Source of the DNA: Pseudogymnoascus verrucosus
Lineage: Eukaryota
Strand: one strand, 5' to 3'
Length of the DNA: 64,000 nt
NCBI GenBank assembly: GCA_001662655.1
Contig: KV460239.1
Shown: positions 60,601-64,000 of the stretch, one piece after another
Layout of the letters: every line of letters begins with the position of its first letter
Numbering within the stretch: position 1 is the first letter of the stretch
Translations under genes and position numbers: made by a program
The notes under the pieces: generated by a model
What the model saw: the letters and a program-made list of their open reading frames with translations, nothing else
What the model was told of the DNA's origin: nothing
Database searches by the model: none

Positions 60601-63218
60601 GCGGAAGATTCGCGCGGGCTTGCCTTGCCTGTTGCCATCCCACGTAATCCCACGTTCTTCAGCGAATTCACTAACAATGTCAATGTCAACTTGTGCTCCC
60701 GTAATTGTTCGCCACACCATCCACGGGCTTCAACGGCCAAACCAAAGGTGAAGAGACATTCGCCATGCACAACATATCCGCATGAAACGGACTCTCTGAT
60801 CCGGTTCCGAGGGAATTAATTAGTGCGACAGAAGCCATCCTGTTCTCAAACCCGATGAGAACCGGTCGATGTTCGCGAGTCATTCAGATACGTCGCATCA
60901 CATATCTGGAACTCCGACGAAGCAACCTTGGTCGATACCTGTACCATACCTGTCCATTGGCCGTGCACCACGTGCAGCGCAGTAATTTTCAGCTGCCCCT
61001 GCTCCCAATGTCCCCCTGCCCATATCCAGGGATTATTGCGCCCGATTATGTGCCCATGAGATGGCGTGGAAATCGTAAATCTCCAGCCAGCCCAAAACAA
61101 AAAGTACGCGTCGTCTCTCCGATATCGTCGATCCCTATATGTATGAAATTCAACCCACCCACCTACCTACCGTAGTACACCCGGCGCCTCGCTTGGATCG
61201 AAGAGAAAAATCGGCTCTAAAAAAGTGTGATGGGTGGGAAGGGAGGGGCGATGCAAAAGCTTGCCAATGGCGACCCTTCCCACCTCTCCAGCACAGAGCC
61301 ACAAAAACGGCCGGCGCTGACATGGAGCCTTGAACGTTTGTATGGATCCCCTCCCACCACCCCCCTCCCAACAGCAAGCCCGACTTTTGTGTGAGTATCA
61401 CCAGTAGAGGAGGGACTCCACCCGTAGAAGAGAAGAGGCTTCGATTTCGTCGCACAAGCCGGGAAATGGGTCCCTGCGCCTTTTTCGATTCTTGTAGATG
61501 CCCCAGTAGCTTATTACGACGTCTTCTGGATGCTATGGGTGACCCCACTGTAAACTTTTGAGGGATGTGGTTTGTGCGCGCTTTTGGTAGCTGTTGATGT
61601 ATGTGAGGGTGAACGATAACTGTTAACAGGGAAAGGGGCGAATATTGGAAACCTGGCGGATTTGGTGGCGTAGGGTCAGCTTGGAAGTCAACGGGTAGAG
61701 GGATTTCTTGACTGATAGATCGTCGAGTGCGAGGACGGTTTTTCTTGGACTCCGATATCTCCCCGGGCACTGACAAAGAGTTTCGTTGGGTACATGATGT
61801 GACGATAACAGGCTCGTCGGCCCTTCGCTGCCAACGCACGAGACGTGTCAGCAAACGAGAGTTTGCTGGAGTCGACAGGCTGGCAGTAATCGAGGGTGAC
61901 TGGGAAGAAAACTCTTCCGGCCTGCGGGTTCGTTTTGCCTAATATATTGGTGTAAGCATGGTGAAGGAAGTCGGTAGCATAGACAACTAGAGAGCAAGAA
62001 GGACAAAAAAAGCGAAATGCCTATTCAGGTCCGTTTTGCTAACGATCTAAATGTGTTGATGGGTGCCTATATAGCCGAACTGGACGCGTTTTCTTCTCGC
62101 TGTTGCTGTCGTGAGGTTCTCGTCACCGCCCCTTTTTTTATCACCCCTTTTCTCGTCACCACCCCGTCTTCCCACCAACACCACCCCTTTTTCTGTTTTC
62201 CCTAACCTCCGGACGGGTCGCTGTCCTGCCACTTCTGCAGTGATGCCAGCTGTCTCATTGGTGACCATGGCCATTTCGTACATATTAATGAACGTTCTCG
62301 ATGCCCAAATCTGGACGGGCCGATCAGACGGGCAATAGGCCATTTATTGGGCGTCGCCCTTGACTTGGAACATTTCTCCCGCCTCGTTCTCAGACGCAAT
62401 ACACAATGAGTATCCAGTAATCGGGCTCACCAGGAGCCTGTCGCTGGGTCACCACCGAATGGACAAGTGGTTTCTTTTTGAGCGTTATGTATAGTACACC
62501 ATTGGATTTGATCCGACGATGTAATGAGGTTGATATTCTTTGGTTATTTGTGGCTGGCATTGGCTTTGCTAGGTGTTGATTCTTTTATGGGAAATAATAT
62601 CCGCTATTGGTCCTGTGCACAGATATAATTATGTATTGCTTTGGTCTAGGTGCCATTCTATAAAGTATGTGGAATTATTTGATACTGATATTTTTTAAAA
62701 ATATAAAGATGACAATAATAATCACACGACTAACAGAAATATATGTACACCACAACCTCCACAAATTATACCAAATCCAGCCATGGTAACTGGTATTCCA
62801 TATATTACCCATAATATTCAGATACCAAATGTTATATTTTAAGAAGTTCTTGTAGCCAAAATGATTATTTTAGTGAGCAGTACCTAGAACGGAGTGATAG
62901 CTGTGTGAGCGGTTATATGGTACTCGTTCTTTCCAAATCTACAGAAAAAAATATGGCCTTGAGTATAGAATTAAAAAGAGTATCACTCAAAAAATGGAAT
63001 TTCCGAGTTTCAATTGAGAAAGGAATTCGTGTAAACATCATTCAAAATCAATGGTGCTGGTTCCTGCCAAGAAGCCAATTCGGCCACGTCACGTGAAAAC
63101 CTTAAATAATTTCGCTAGCCGATTTATTGAAGATGCGCCTGGAGGGCATCCTGACTTCGAGCTGTAGGAAAGAGCGAAGCCAGTTCTCCCACAGAACAAT
63201 TGGCTACTTCAGATCGAG

Positions 63219-64000
63219 ATGTCAACATCTGCAGTAGTGCGGCCAGCCGCACAGCTTCTCTTGAAGCCCACACGAACCCACCATGTCTCCCTGACCTTCC
63301 TCACTCCCTCAATCGTCAAGACCCAAACCTCTCAATTCTCCACCTCGCGACAATCCTTCTTCCCCCGCGACTTCAACCGTGAAAGAGGTGTCAGCACAGT
63401 CAGGAGAACTGGCCCTCGCCAGCCCCTGAGTGTCTCCAATGACCCTCTTCCGGAGCCCGTCCTCGACCCCAAAAAGCGGAGCAAGCTCCGTGTCGACGAA
63501 AACCACGGCTTATATCAATTTTTCCACTCGAAAGAGAAGGCAATGAACACACCAGAGGAGGATAACAGCCACGGCCGCCCTTGGAGTGCGGAGGAGTTGA
63601 GGCACAAGAGCTGGGAAGACCTGCATTCGCTGTGGTGGGTTTGCTGCAAGGAGCGCAACAGGATTGCAACGGAGACACACGAGCGAGAGCGTCTCGATGC
63701 CGGTTACGGTGACTACGAGGCAAAGGCGAGGGATGTTGCTGTAAGAAACCATGCATTTGCTTGATATATTTACATCTACGGGGGCTTCATGCTGACATTA
63801 TTTATCCAGGTCCGGAGAACTCAGCGGGCGATTAAGCAAGTACTTACCGAGCGATACTATTCATGGGAAGATGCGAGGAAGTTGGCAGCGGGCGATCCGG
63901 AGGTGGATCTCTCTGGAGAAGGACCAGCACATACACCAAGCCTGGATGCCTTTGAGTTAGAAGAGCCGACTGCGGAGGAGCTCGAGGCTGAAGCAGCCGA
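63219..64000 (+). CDS. MRPL4: Mitochondrial large-subunit ribosomal protein uL29m (MRPL4/MRP-L47), 3'-truncated by the window
   Basis: Presequence-like N-terminus; HGLYQFF; HGRPWSAEELRHKSWEDLHSLWWVCCKERNRIAT; intron 63741-63809; then VRRTQRAIKQVLTERYYSW. Confidence 0.93.

Noticed and set aside
61150..61854. 234-aa minus-strand ORF
   Set aside because: Non-ATG start, no recognisable motif or codon bias; probably chance.
1..64000. tRNA, rRNA, snRNA or transposase genes
   Set aside because: No T-loop/cloverleaf, rRNA signature or RT/DDE ORF was recognised by eye. A tRNAscan/Rfam run is needed to exclude small RNAs.

Overview
Eukaryotic DNA from a filamentous ascomycete (GT-AG introns with CTRAY branch sites; my impression is a Leotiomycete such as Pseudogymnoascus, which is inference only). 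I reconstructed 15 protein-coding genes, 14 of them spliced. In order: MOB3/phocein, ZNG1/CobW GTPase, NOT2, flbA/RGS, CDC73, a hypothetical protein with a C-terminal CPxH..CPxH motif, a CUE-domain protein, a GPI-anchored protein, ORC4 with AT-hooks and a PHD finger, a GH76 DCW1/DFG5-like enzyme, creA, a semi-CRIB hypothetical protein, a RAD55-like RecA paralog, an nsdC-like zinc-finger factor and mitochondrial MRPL4 (cut off at the window end). Three global regulators (flbA, creA, nsdC-like) each sit behind 5.6-12 kb of non-coding DNA. I found no tRNA, rRNA, CRISPR array or intact transposon. The most notable unexplained signals are: (1) recurring C-rich then G-rich skew blocks that cross exons and appear to shape codons and amino acids, including the degenerate Walker motifs of the RAD55-like gene; (2) a candidate multi-intron minus-strand transcript with a terminal 65-aa sORF, divergent from flbA; (3) seven CreA/Mig1-type sites clustered about 6 kb upstream of creA; (4) enrichment of TAC-N-GTA dyads in the non-coding deserts. 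I cannot claim a new biological system from sequence alone. Exon boundaries and counts were read by eye and need confirmation.
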